Source of the DNA: Nitrospirota bacterium
Lineage (GTDB): Bacteria; Nitrospirota; Thermodesulfovibrionia; Thermodesulfovibrionales; JdFR-85
Direction: 5' to 3'
DNA: 64,000 nt
NCBI GenBank assembly: GCA_013152485.1
Contig: JAADGG010000041.1
Location: 30,791 to 94,790 of the forward strand
Shown: positions 37,411 to 45,170 of the stretch, piece by piece
Position numbering within the stretch: position 1 is the first letter of the stretch
Layout of the letters: every line of letters begins with the position of its first letter
Program-made: the position numbers and the translations under genes
The notes under the pieces: generated by a model
Database searches by the model: none
Told to the model about the DNA's origin: nothing
The model's input: the letters and a program-made list of their open reading frames with translations, nothing else

Positions 37411-37834
37411 CAGGCTCAAGATAATATTCAGTGTCAGGGAGACACCCAGGAAGATCGCGCTGGCATTCGCCATGGGTGTCTTCATCGGTATCTCGCCGTT
37501 TCTGGGGCTTCACACCCTGATGGCCATCGCCTTCGCCTCCGTCTTCAGGCTGAACAAACTGGTTACGCTCGCGGGGGCCTTCGTCACAAACCCGTGGACC
37601 ATAATCCCCATATACAGTTTCGCCACGTGGATAGGCATAAAGATGACAGGACACGAAAGCACACTGACTCAGACCAACTTCAAGGAGATAACGATCGTCA
37701 ACATATTCAGCATACTGAAGGAACTGATACTGCCCTTCTTCGTGGGCACGATATGCTTCGGCCTGGTGGCCGGCGCAGTCTCATATCTGTTCGTCTACTC
37801 GATAATGAAGCGGATGAGGAAGGCATCCGTATAG
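37397..37834 (+). CDS. DUF2062-family membrane protein
   Basis: TPRKIALAFAMGVFIGISPFLGLHTLMAIAFA..TNPWT. Confidence 0.75.
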   Translation: MSIRDRLKIIFSVRETPRKIALAFAMGVFIGISPFLGLHTLMAIAFASVFRLNKLVTLAGAFVTNPWTIIPIYSFATWIGIKMTGHESTLTQTNFKEITIVNIFSILKELILPFFVGTICFGLVAGAVSYLFVYSIMKRMRKASV

Positions 37835-37852
37835 ATACGGGCAGGATTCCCG

Positions 37853-38710
37853 TCACTCCCCGCCGCTCAGAGACTCATACCCGCTGATGATCTCCAGAAC
37901 CTCCGCAGTCACCTCCTCCTGCCTGACATAGTTGAACAGGGTCAAGAGATCTTCCCTCTTCCTTTCTATGTTCTGAGCGGCGGAGTCCATGCTCCTCAGC
38001 CTGCTAGAGTTCTCGCTTGCAAGGCTTTCGGCATAAGCCCTGTAAAGCGATATCAGCAGGTGTTCCTCGACGAGTCTTTCAAGCACGTCTTCCGGACTCA
38101 TGTACATCAGGGGCTCTCTCCGCATGGCCTTTCTCCTGCTGAACCTGCCTAGATCAGGCGGCAGCACGCGGGAGCTCATTATCCTGTACTCACCGAGTCT
38201 CCTGTGTAGCGCAAATACCACCGACAGCCGGTCGAAAGTCCCCTGCCTGTAAAGTTCGAACAGCTCGACGGTAAGGTTCATCACCTTGAGCTCTATGGAA
38301 TCGGCACTGACCGGCCCTTTCAGCGCCTTGAGCACCGGGATCCCCCTTGCGAGGGCCTCGTCCTGCCCTCTCCTGCCGGATATTATGAAAACGGACTTCG
38401 CTGAATCCTCGAGTCCCTGACAGTAATCGAGCAGCCGCTCGTTGAATGTCCCGCAGAGGCCCTGTTCAGAGGTGAAGACCACATACGCAGTCCTTCCGGC
38501 GTCAGGGCCGGGGGCCTCGGCAAGATATGGAAAGTGGTGCAGGACCTCCCCCATCGACTGATGGACATGCTCGTTGTACATCCTGATCGTCGGGAGCAGC
38601 TCTTCGACCTTTCTTACCGTAAGGGTCGCAAGGGCCTTCATGGAGTTTACGATCTCGTGGATCGTCTTCAGGTTCTCGATCTTGCGTTCGAGCTCCAGTG
38701 ATCCTGCCAT
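37853..38710 (-). CDS. atpG: ATP synthase gamma subunit (N-ATPase-type operon)
   Basis: Gamma-like N-terminal helix (KIENLKTIHEIVNSMKALA) and C-terminal helix (..RQEEVTAEVLEIISG), directly downstream of alpha. Confidence 0.8.
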   Translation of the reverse strand: MAGSLELERKIENLKTIHEIVNSMKALATLTVRKVEELLPTIRMYNEHVHQSMGEVLHHFPYLAEAPGPDAGRTAYVVFTSEQGLCGTFNERLLDYCQGLEDSAKSVFIISGRRGQDEALARGIPVLKALKGPVSADSIELKVMNLTVELFELYRQGTFDRLSVVFALHRRLGEYRIMSSRVLPPDLGRFSRRKAMRREPLMYMSPEDVLERLVEEHLLISLYRAYAESLASENSSRLRSMDSAAQNIERKREDLLTLFNYVRQEEVTAEVLEIISGYESLSGGE

Positions 38711-38712
38711 GG

Positions 38713-40224
38713 TCAGTGGATCCTCTCGAGGGCCTTCTCCATGAGGGACCTCAACTCTGCCTGGTGTGACTCCGTAAGGTCACCTGATGACTGTATGTCA
38801 TCGACAAGCCTGCGCCCCTCCCTTCTGATCTCCTCGAGAATCTCGGCGACATAGCCATGCACCCTGTCGACCTCTACGGCATCCAGATACCCCTCGTTGA
38901 GAATGAAGAACGTCATGACCTGTTCGGAGAGGGTCAGCGGAGAGTATCTTGGCTGTTTCAAGACCTCCCTCAACCTCTGCCCCCGCCTTATGAGTGCAGC
39001 CGTCCTCTCCTCGACTCTCGCTCCAAAGCGGGTGAATATCTCCACTTCGAGGAACCGTGCATAGTCGAGTTTCAGCTTTTCAGCCACCTTACGCATGGCG
39101 GGCATCTGGGTTTTTCCGCCGATCCGGGAGACGGAGCGCCTGATGTCGATCGGGGGCAGGATCCCCCTGTTGAAGAGCCCCCGGTCCAGGACTATCTGCC
39201 CGTCGGTTATCGATATGAGATTCGTGGAGATGTAGCCGGAAATCCTGCCCGCATAGATCTCGGCAATCGGCAACGCAGTGATGGAACCGCCTCCGATGGA
39301 ATCGTGCCTCCTTGCGGCCCTCTCGAGGAGCCTCGAGTGGATGTAGAAGACATCCCCCGGAAACGCCTCCCTGCCCGGCGTCCTTCTGAGAAGCAGGGAA
39401 AGCCCCCTGTAGGCATTGGCGTGCTTTGTAAGGTCGTCATAAACGACGAGGGCATCCCTGCCGCTGTCCATGAAGAACTCGGCCACCGCACATCCCGCAT
39501 AAGGGGCAAGGAAGCTCATTGCAGGAGAAGCATCTGCATCAGCCGCCACGACTACGGTAAACTTCATGGCATCATGCCTCTGAAGGTCTTCGACCACCCT
39601 CGCTATCTGTGCCTTCTTCTGTCCTATCGCCACGTAGACACAGATGACGTCACCGCCCTTCTGATTGACAATGGCATCGAGTGCTATGGATGTCTTGCCC
39701 GTACCGCTGTCGCCGATTATGAGCTCTCTCTGTCCGCGCCCTATCGGGAGCATCGAGTCTATTATCTTTATGCCCGTGTAAAGGGGCTCCCTGACGAAAT
39801 CCCTCTCTATGATGGAGAGGGCCTCTCTCTCTATCGGATAGTGCAACCGCTCCCCGATCTCTCCAAGGTCGTCAAGAGGAACGCCGAGCGGGTCTATCAC
39901 ACGGCCGAGGAGTCCGTCTCCAACAGGCAGCGAGGCAACCCTGCCTGTAAGCCCCACCTTGCCGCCGGCCTTTACGAGCGAGTGGTCTCCGAGTATGACG
40001 ACGTCAATAAACCTCCTGTCCATCCCGAAGACTATTCCCTGCACTCCGGCATCGAAACTGAGGAGCTCGTAGTAGCCTGCGTCCGGGAGGCCTTCGACGC
40101 GTGCAACCCCGTCACCAACGTCGGCAACAACCCCCTCCTGCGCAATGCGCACATCGAACCTCACCCCGCGCACACCGGTCTCTATCGATTCGAGCAAGCC
40201 CTCTATATTCAGCACCTCATCCAT
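38713..40224 (-). CDS. atpA: ATP synthase alpha subunit
   Basis: Alpha-type P-loop GDSGTGKTSIALDAI, plus YDDLTKHA and PGREAFPGDVFYIHSRLLER. The start is ambiguous (40224 or 40290). Confidence 0.9.
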   Translation of the reverse strand: MDEVLNIEGLLESIETGVRGVRFDVRIAQEGVVADVGDGVARVEGLPDAGYYELLSFDAGVQGIVFGMDRRFIDVVILGDHSLVKAGGKVGLTGRVASLPVGDGLLGRVIDPLGVPLDDLGEIGERLHYPIEREALSIIERDFVREPLYTGIKIIDSMLPIGRGQRELIIGDSGTGKTSIALDAIVNQKGGDVICVYVAIGQKKAQIARVVEDLQRHDAMKFTVVVAADADASPAMSFLAPYAGCAVAEFFMDSGRDALVVYDDLTKHANAYRGLSLLLRRTPGREAFPGDVFYIHSRLLERAARRHDSIGGGSITALPIAEIYAGRISGYISTNLISITDGQIVLDRGLFNRGILPPIDIRRSVSRIGGKTQMPAMRKVAEKLKLDYARFLEVEIFTRFGARVEERTAALIRRGQRLREVLKQPRYSPLTLSEQVMTFFILNEGYLDAVEVDRVHGYVAEILEEIRREGRRLVDDIQSSGDLTESHQAELRSLMEKALERIH

Positions 40225-40246
40225 GGCGGTCCGTCCAATGCCGTCT

Positions 40247-41002
40247 TCAAAGAGTCCATGTTTCTTCTTTGAGCTTCTCTGCCGCTGCATCGAGGTTTCC
40301 CCTCAGTGTGCCGTCCAGTACATGTCCGTCTATCTTCAGCCTCACCCCTGCAATGAGGGAAGGATCCCTACGTTCGACCAGGTCGACGCTGCACTTCAGG
40401 ATATTCCGGAGGGTGGACTTTATCTCCTCGGTCTGTTCGCTGCTCAATTGCGCCGCGGAGTGGACCTCTGCAGTGCACGTGCCGTCCCTGACCGTTTCGT
40501 TGAGCCTCCTCAGCTCTTCCTCCGGAAGGTGAGCGAGCCTCTCCGTCATCATCCTCAGCAGCCTTTCCTGCAGGAAGTCGTCGGAAACATCCGACAGCAA
40601 CCTCCCGGCCATCTCTACTGCAACCGAAACAACGCGTTCCCTCATCTCCTCGAGGGCCCTCAGCTTCTCCTGCCGTATGAGCCTGACCGTCTTCTTCCGC
40701 TCCGTGTCGATCTCCTGCATCGCCTCCCTCATGATCCTTTCTCTCTCCTTGAGAGCCTCAACCCTGGCATCCTCGAGATAACCGGCCTTCACTTTCTCAA
40801 GCTTTTCAAGGCCCTCTTCATACCTCTCCTTCAGCCCGTCCACCTCCCTCCGGGTTCTTTCGATATCGTCCCTCACCGTCTTTATCTCCCTCTCGCGCTG
40901 ACGGAGGATGTCTCTCACAGGACTGAAGAGGACCCTGTAAAGGATGTAGACCACGACAACAAAGTTGACTACCTCGAATATGAACGTCCAGGGATTGAAC
41001 AT
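40247..41002 (-). CDS. atpF: ATP synthase b subunit with delta/OSCP-like C-terminal region
   Basis: An N-terminal TM helix plus long coiled coil (b-like). The C-terminal DPSLIAGVRLKIDGHVLDGTLRGNL resembles the C-terminus of delta. No separate delta gene. Confidence 0.7.
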   Translation of the reverse strand: MFNPWTFIFEVVNFVVVVYILYRVLFSPVRDILRQREREIKTVRDDIERTRREVDGLKERYEEGLEKLEKVKAGYLEDARVEALKERERIMREAMQEIDTERKKTVRLIRQEKLRALEEMRERVVSVAVEMAGRLLSDVSDDFLQERLLRMMTERLAHLPEEELRRLNETVRDGTCTAEVHSAAQLSSEQTEEIKSTLRNILKCSVDLVERRDPSLIAGVRLKIDGHVLDGTLRGNLDAAAEKLKEETWTL

Positions 41003-41006
41003 GCCT

Positions 41007-41273
41007 CTACTTCATGACCAAGGATATGAGAGGATTGGCAAACAGGAGAATCAAAGAGATCACAAGGGAGTAAATAGCAACTGATTCCACCATGGCCATG
41101 CCCACGAAGAGGGTTCTGATGATCTGATTGGCTGCTTCCGGCTGTCTTGCTATGGCCTCTATGGCCTTGGTCAGTGCCTCTCCCTCCCCCCTCGAAGGGC
41201 CGTAACCGCCGATGGCAATGGTTATGCCGGCCGTCAGGATCGAAACTGCAACGACTATGCTGACTGCATCCAT
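41007..41273 (-). CDS. atpE: ATP synthase c subunit
   Basis: Hairpin protein with the ARQPE loop and the ion site VESVAIYSL. An extra Glu (E30) sits at the helix-1 position that is Gln32 in the I. tartaricus c subunit. Confidence 0.9.
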   Translation of the reverse strand: MDAVSIVVAVSILTAGITIAIGGYGPSRGEGEALTKAIEAIARQPEAANQIIRTLFVGMAMVESVAIYSLVISLILLFANPLISLVMK

Positions 41274-41292
41274 CTCACACCTCCCGATATTC

Positions 41293-41961
41293 TCAAGTTT
41301 CCGAAGCCTTTATGCCGCCTGCAATGAAGACAAGGGTCAATGCACCGAACAGGTAGGCCTGTATGACGTCACCGACAATGCTGAGCAGGATCAGGGGTAC
41401 GGGAACGATGAAACCTACGAGGAGCAGCAGTATTGCGACTATCATCTCCCAGCTCAACATGTTCCCGAACAGCCGTACCGCCATGGCTAGAGACCTCGAG
41501 ACCTCACCGAAGACATTGAAGGGCAGCAGAATGAAAACCGGCTTCGTATAGCGGCGCATATAGGCCTTCAATCCCAGATGCTTTATCCCGTAATAGTGAA
41601 CCGACATGAAGGATACAAATGCGAGGGAGGAAGCGGTCGAGAGGTCCCGCGTAGGATTATGGAGCCCGGGTATCAAGCCCACGAGGTTCAGAGATGCAAT
41701 GAACAGCCACATGCCCCCTATGAGGGGAACGAACTCCCACGGGTCCCTCTGCAGCACCCCCCTGATTGTATCGGAGATCGCCTGGTATAAGGCCTCGAGC
41801 ACGAGCTGCCGCCGCCCCGGCTCCCAGACGGTCAGCCCCCTGGTCAGAAGGGTTCCGGATACCGCCAGCACCAGCATTACACCCCACGTAGTCACCACCA
41901 CCTCCGTAACCTCCACGGGGCCGACCCTGAAGACGACTTCCGAGAAGATGCCGAACCTCAT
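41293..41961 (-). CDS. atpB: ATP synthase a subunit
   Basis: The conserved Arg region is LAMAVRLFGNMLSWE. The start was set at the internal ATG 41961, just after the atpR stop. Confidence 0.85.
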   Translation of the reverse strand: MRFGIFSEVVFRVGPVEVTEVVVTTWGVMLVLAVSGTLLTRGLTVWEPGRRQLVLEALYQAISDTIRGVLQRDPWEFVPLIGGMWLFIASLNLVGLIPGLHNPTRDLSTASSLAFVSFMSVHYYGIKHLGLKAYMRRYTKPVFILLPFNVFGEVSRSLAMAVRLFGNMLSWEMIVAILLLLVGFIVPVPLILLSIVGDVIQAYLFGALTLVFIAGGIKASET

Positions 41962-41963
41962 AT

Positions 41964-42242
41964 CTACCCTCCTAAAGAGCCGGAGCCGATCGCTTTCCAT
42001 CTGAAGATGAGCAGGTACAACGGCCTGCCCACCAGTATGCCCGGAAGAAGGAACAACAGGCACTCCCCGCCTGCCACGGCTGCAAAGAACAGGACCGCGG
42101 CAAGAGCGAGATATCTCGCCCAGAAAGTGTAGAACACCGAATCGTTCCTGCCGCGGCTGATCCTGATCACCTGCTGCCAGAGGTGCTCGTGATAGAGCAG
42201 TCCGAACAGAATCCCCAGGGACATGAACGCAAAGATTTCCAT
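41964..42242 (-). CDS. atpR: Small membrane protein, AtpR-like (N-ATPase subunit)
   Basis: 92 aa with hydrophobic segments and GILFGLLYHEHLWQQV near the N-terminus. Its position immediately upstream of atpB matches N-ATPase operons. The family call is tentative. Confidence 0.5.
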   Translation of the reverse strand: MEIFAFMSLGILFGLLYHEHLWQQVIRISRGRNDSVFYTFWARYLALAAVLFFAAVAGGECLLFLLPGILVGRPLYLLIFRWKAIGSGSLGG

Positions 42243-42248
42243 AAAACA

Positions 42249-42257
42249 ATTATATCA
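42249..42257 (-). promoter_or_regulatory. Extended -10 element (TGATATAAT) directly upstream of atpR
   Basis: The minus strand reads gTGATATAATtgttttATG, so the A of the start codon lies 7 nt after the -10. This suggests a leaderless or near-leaderless transcript. Confidence 0.35.
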
Positions 42258-42306
42258 CCTTTCATTCCTTATTGATACAAACGCGACGCATCTCCGCTTG
42301 TTCGCC

Positions 42307-42336
42307 TTGACTTCATCTCCCCATAACGTATACAAT
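42307..42336 (+). promoter_or_regulatory. Sigma70-like promoter upstream of tRNA-Asp
   Basis: TTGACT (42307-42312), 18 nt, then TACAAT (42331-42336), about 55 nt upstream of the tRNA. Confidence 0.4.
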
Positions 42337-42390
42337 AAACAACCTTGCCGGCGCTTCGTGTTGCGCTGTCCGGATCCTCATAGAGGTTAA

Positions 42391-42467
42391 GGGGTGGTAG
42401 TTCAGTCGGTTAGAACGCCGGCCTGTCACGCCGGAGGTCGCGGGTTCGAGTCCCGTCCACCCCGCCA
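42391..42467 (+). tRNA. tRNA-Asp (anticodon GTC), CCA encoded
   Basis: Manual cloverleaf. Acceptor GGGGTGG/CCACCCC, D stem GTTC/GAAC, anticodon stem CCGGC/GCCGG with loop CTGTCAC, T arm GCGGG-TTCGAGT-CCCGT, discriminator G, then CCA. Confidence 0.95.
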
Positions 42468-42584
42468 CACAATCCACAACAAAACTCCCATGTTTCATAC
42501 GTACAACAAGGCATTTGCGCCTGTTCAGGGAAAAGATCCGCCCGCCCATACCCCTGACACGCCCCTCATACCACTATTCCGCAC

Positions 42585-42618
42585 AAAAGTCACCTGTTCT
42601 TTGGAACAGGTGACTTTT
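42585..42618. promoter_or_regulatory. Perfect 15-bp inverted repeat containing a lux-box-like 20-mer (alternatively a bidirectional terminator)
   Basis: aaaagtcacctgttc-tttg-gaacaggtgactttt. The core ACCTGTTCTTTGGAACAGGT (42592-42611) has the ACCTGT-N8-ACAGGT layout. It is flanked by A4 and T4 runs. Confidence 0.5.
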
Positions 42619-42758
42619 GACGGTATTTTCGTGCTCAATAAATATGAGGGGGCGGGGAAATCGTACCACCAGGCAAAAGTAACAACTGGAATTACACCGG
42701 CACTTCAGTTGACACTTTTGTATCGATCCATGAGGGTGGATTCGTCGTCAAAAACCTG

Positions 42759-43412
42759 GTGTACGATGAAGAAAGGATTCAGGCTTACCACCTCAGGCAC
42801 AGGATATTCTGCAGAGAGCTGGGGTGGGTTCCGGGGAGGGAAGATCTCCTCGAGATCGACGACTACGACGATTATGCGGTCTTCTTCGGTGTCTTCGACA
42901 GCGAGAGAAGGCTGGCGGCATACCTGCGACTCATAATGCCGGAAAAGCCGTTCATGCTGGAGAAGGAGTTCCTGTCGCTGGTCGGCCCCGGACACAAGAT
43001 CGAGAGGAGCAGAGACAGGGCGGAGATCTCGAGGCTCTGCGTGGCGCCGGAGGCGAGAAAGAGCAGAATCGCCAGCGGCTCACGCACATACGGCATCTCC
43101 ATCTTTCTCTTCAAAGGGGTCTATCATTGGTGCATCGACAAAGGCATCCGGTATCTCTATGCAGTCACCGAGGAGAAAGTCTACAGGCTTTTCTGCGCAA
43201 AAGGTTTTCCCTACAGGCTCATAGGCGAACCGACGACAATGGCCGATGGAGTGACCGCAATGGCGGTGATACTGGACTGGAGGGAGTTCGAGGAGCTGAA
43301 TTCGGCAAAACGGCCGCAGATGCTCGAATGGTTCAGTCAACGTCGATCAGACGCTGCTCGATCGCAATGGCGACGGCATGAGTCCTGGTCACGGCATCAA
43401 GCTTTTGCATGA
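42759..43412 (+). CDS. LuxI-family acyl-homoserine-lactone synthase-like protein
   Basis: LRHRIFCRELGW, EIDDYDD, AAYLRL and AEISRLCV match the conserved R/F/W, E-D-D, R and E-S-R positions of the autoinducer synthase family. GTG start with no clear SD. The frame is open upstream to 42648, so the start is uncertain. Confidence 0.7.
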   Translation: MYDEERIQAYHLRHRIFCRELGWVPGREDLLEIDDYDDYAVFFGVFDSERRLAAYLRLIMPEKPFMLEKEFLSLVGPGHKIERSRDRAEISRLCVAPEARKSRIASGSRTYGISIFLFKGVYHWCIDKGIRYLYAVTEEKVYRLFCAKGFPYRLIGEPTTMADGVTAMAVILDWREFEELNSAKRPQMLEWFSQRRSDAARSQWRRHESWSRHQAFA

Positions 43413-44091
43413 CGTTACAGACATGAAACTTGACGGTCCGTTCACTCACCCCGAGGATCCTTGATATCTCCCACGTACTCTTGCCCTCTTTCACCCACTT
43501 CAGCACTTCCTTCTCCCTCGAAGAGAGCTGTACCTGCTTTCTCTTGTTGTCCTGTTCGACAATGCGTACGAGGACCTGATGAAAATGGGGAACGACGAGG
43601 CTCAGTATGAGCTCGGTCCTCGAGTTGTGCTCCATGGAGTCTCCGGAAAGGGAGAAGAGGCTGCCCTCGGTCTCCCTGTAGTTGCGTGCACCGTGTGTAT
43701 AGCCGTCCCTGAGGCCGAAGTCTTCGGCAAGCGAGAGGAATTCCGGAGGAGGAGGACCGTATGTCTTGTATGTATCCGACCATCTCTGCAGCTTGAACCT
43801 GGAGAAGTTTTCCTTGGCGACGGGATCTATCTCCTGATATCTCCTCGCAATATAGATGTCGATCCACTCGACTGGATAATTTATGTTTACGGGATTATGG
43901 AACTTCACAACGCCGTCCGCCTCCCTCTTTCCAAGCAGGCAGATGGCAAAATCGTAAGGGACCAGACACCTGAGTATACCCATGAGTCCGGCGAGGTCCT
44001 CTCTCGAACTGCACGAAAGGCTTCTGTGGATCAGATCCAGAAGAGAGAAGACGTCCTTTTTGGACAGCCAGCGTGTAAGCCCTGATATCAT
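43333..44091 (-). CDS. LuxR-family regulator (autoinducer-binding domain + GerE-type HTH)
   Basis: The N-terminal domain has WIDIYIARRYQEIDPV (W/Y/D ligand-pocket pattern). The C-terminal is LSSREKEVLKWVKEGKSTWEISRILGVSERTVKFH. AGGAGG lies upstream. Confidence 0.85.
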   Translation of the reverse strand: MISGLTRWLSKKDVFSLLDLIHRSLSCSSREDLAGLMGILRCLVPYDFAICLLGKREADGVVKFHNPVNINYPVEWIDIYIARRYQEIDPVAKENFSRFKLQRWSDTYKTYGPPPPEFLSLAEDFGLRDGYTHGARNYRETEGSLFSLSGDSMEHNSRTELILSLVVPHFHQVLVRIVEQDNKRKQVQLSSREKEVLKWVKEGKSTWEISRILGVSERTVKFHVCNVMQKLDAVTRTHAVAIAIEQRLIDVD

Positions 44092-44239
44092 GCAATCCTC
44101 CTGGATCGAGACCCCTCCGGGAGACTTACGCCCATATACAATTATACCTCCCTACGGAACAAAAACTGAACCACCGCATGAAGAAAGCACACGCCCGGAT
44201 GGCCGGCTTCCCGTGTTCTGTGTTATAATAACGCCGCCG

Positions 44240-44839
44240 ATGCTTAAAGCCGTTCTTATAAGCCTCAATCCCTCTTCCGACATCTACGGATGCCTGCGCA
44301 GCAAGGGCTTCCCTCTGTTCTTCATCCTCCTCGCGATGTTCCTCCTGTACGCCTGCACCGAAAAGTCCGCACCCCCGTATCCCCAGTCCTCCGCTGAAGG
44401 GACAGACCATTCACCCGCCAACATGGACGGCAGCATCGAGAAGCTGAGGGAGGCCGCCAGAAAAGAACCGGAGGACCTCAACATCCGCATCATGCTCGGG
44501 AACCTTCTCATGGATGCCGGAAGGCTCGAGGAGGCGATAGAAGTTTATGAAGAGATACTCAAGACAAGCCCCGAAAACTCCGACGTGAGAGTGGACCTGG
44601 GGACGTGCTACAGGAACTCCGGGGACCCTGAAAGAGCTGCCGCTGAATATCAGAAGGCACTGCGTTACGACCCTGGAAACCCTCATGCTCACAGGAACCT
44701 CGGAATCGTGCTCGCCTATGACCTCGGCAGGATAGAGGAGGCGATTACCGAGCTCGAAACCTACCTCAGAATCTCTCCCGATGTGCCTGACGCCGAACAG
44801 GTCAGACAAGCAATCAAGGAATTACGTGAAAGATCCTGA
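44240..44839 (+). CDS. TPR-repeat lipoprotein
   Basis: Internal ATG start, with a hydrophobic signal ending LLYAC. Three or four TPR repeats. TGTTATAAT (44221-44229) lies just upstream. Confidence 0.65.
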   Translation: MLKAVLISLNPSSDIYGCLRSKGFPLFFILLAMFLLYACTEKSAPPYPQSSAEGTDHSPANMDGSIEKLREAARKEPEDLNIRIMLGNLLMDAGRLEEAIEVYEEILKTSPENSDVRVDLGTCYRNSGDPERAAAEYQKALRYDPGNPHAHRNLGIVLAYDLGRIEEAITELETYLRISPDVPDAEQVRQAIKELRERS

Positions 44840-44855
44840 AGAACAAGCCTCCCGG

Positions 44856-45119
44856 TTATTCCCTGTCCTTGTCCTTCCTGATGCCTTTCATGAGCAGTCT
44901 GTACTTCTCCTCCCCGACACATTCCTTTGCAGCAGGGCACCACTCGAGACACGTGGGCTTCATCTCTCTCGTAACAACCCTTCCGCAATCATCACAGAGG
45001 GCCTCTGTCTCGTCTGACCATATTTCAACCTTGTTGCCGCAGAAGACACAGACGATCTCCTCGGGAAAGGGATTCTTTATCTCTTTGCTGCCAGGGCATC
45101 CTTCCTTCAAGTTGCTCAT
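44856..45119 (-). CDS. Small Cys-rich zinc-ribbon-like protein
   Basis: CVFCGN..(14)..CDDCG plus CLEWCPAAKEC, 87 aa. It lies 51 nt downstream of the HD-GYP regulator on the same strand. Confidence 0.5.
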   Translation of the reverse strand: MSNLKEGCPGSKEIKNPFPEEIVCVFCGNKVEIWSDETEALCDDCGRVVTREMKPTCLEWCPAAKECVGEEKYRLLMKGIRKDKDRE

Positions 45120-45170
45120 AACTCTATTATAACACTACCAGATCAAAAGGCCATGATCTATATCATAACC

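Noticed and set aside
38857-40272. A 471-aa + strand ORF
   Set aside because: It is antisense to the ATP synthase alpha subunit (P-loop and conserved alpha motifs on the minus strand).
42313-42936. ORFs 42313..42549 (-) and 42394..42936 (+) overlapping the tRNA
   Set aside because: They overlap a canonical tRNA-Asp and the intergenic palindrome. There is no coding signal, and the + ORF is out of frame with the LuxI-like reading frame.
42391-44240. Genomic island or integrative element at tRNA-Asp
   Set aside because: No integrase, excisionase or transposase is present. I did not find a repeat of the tRNA 3' end that would mark an att site, so I report only the adjacency, not a mobile element.
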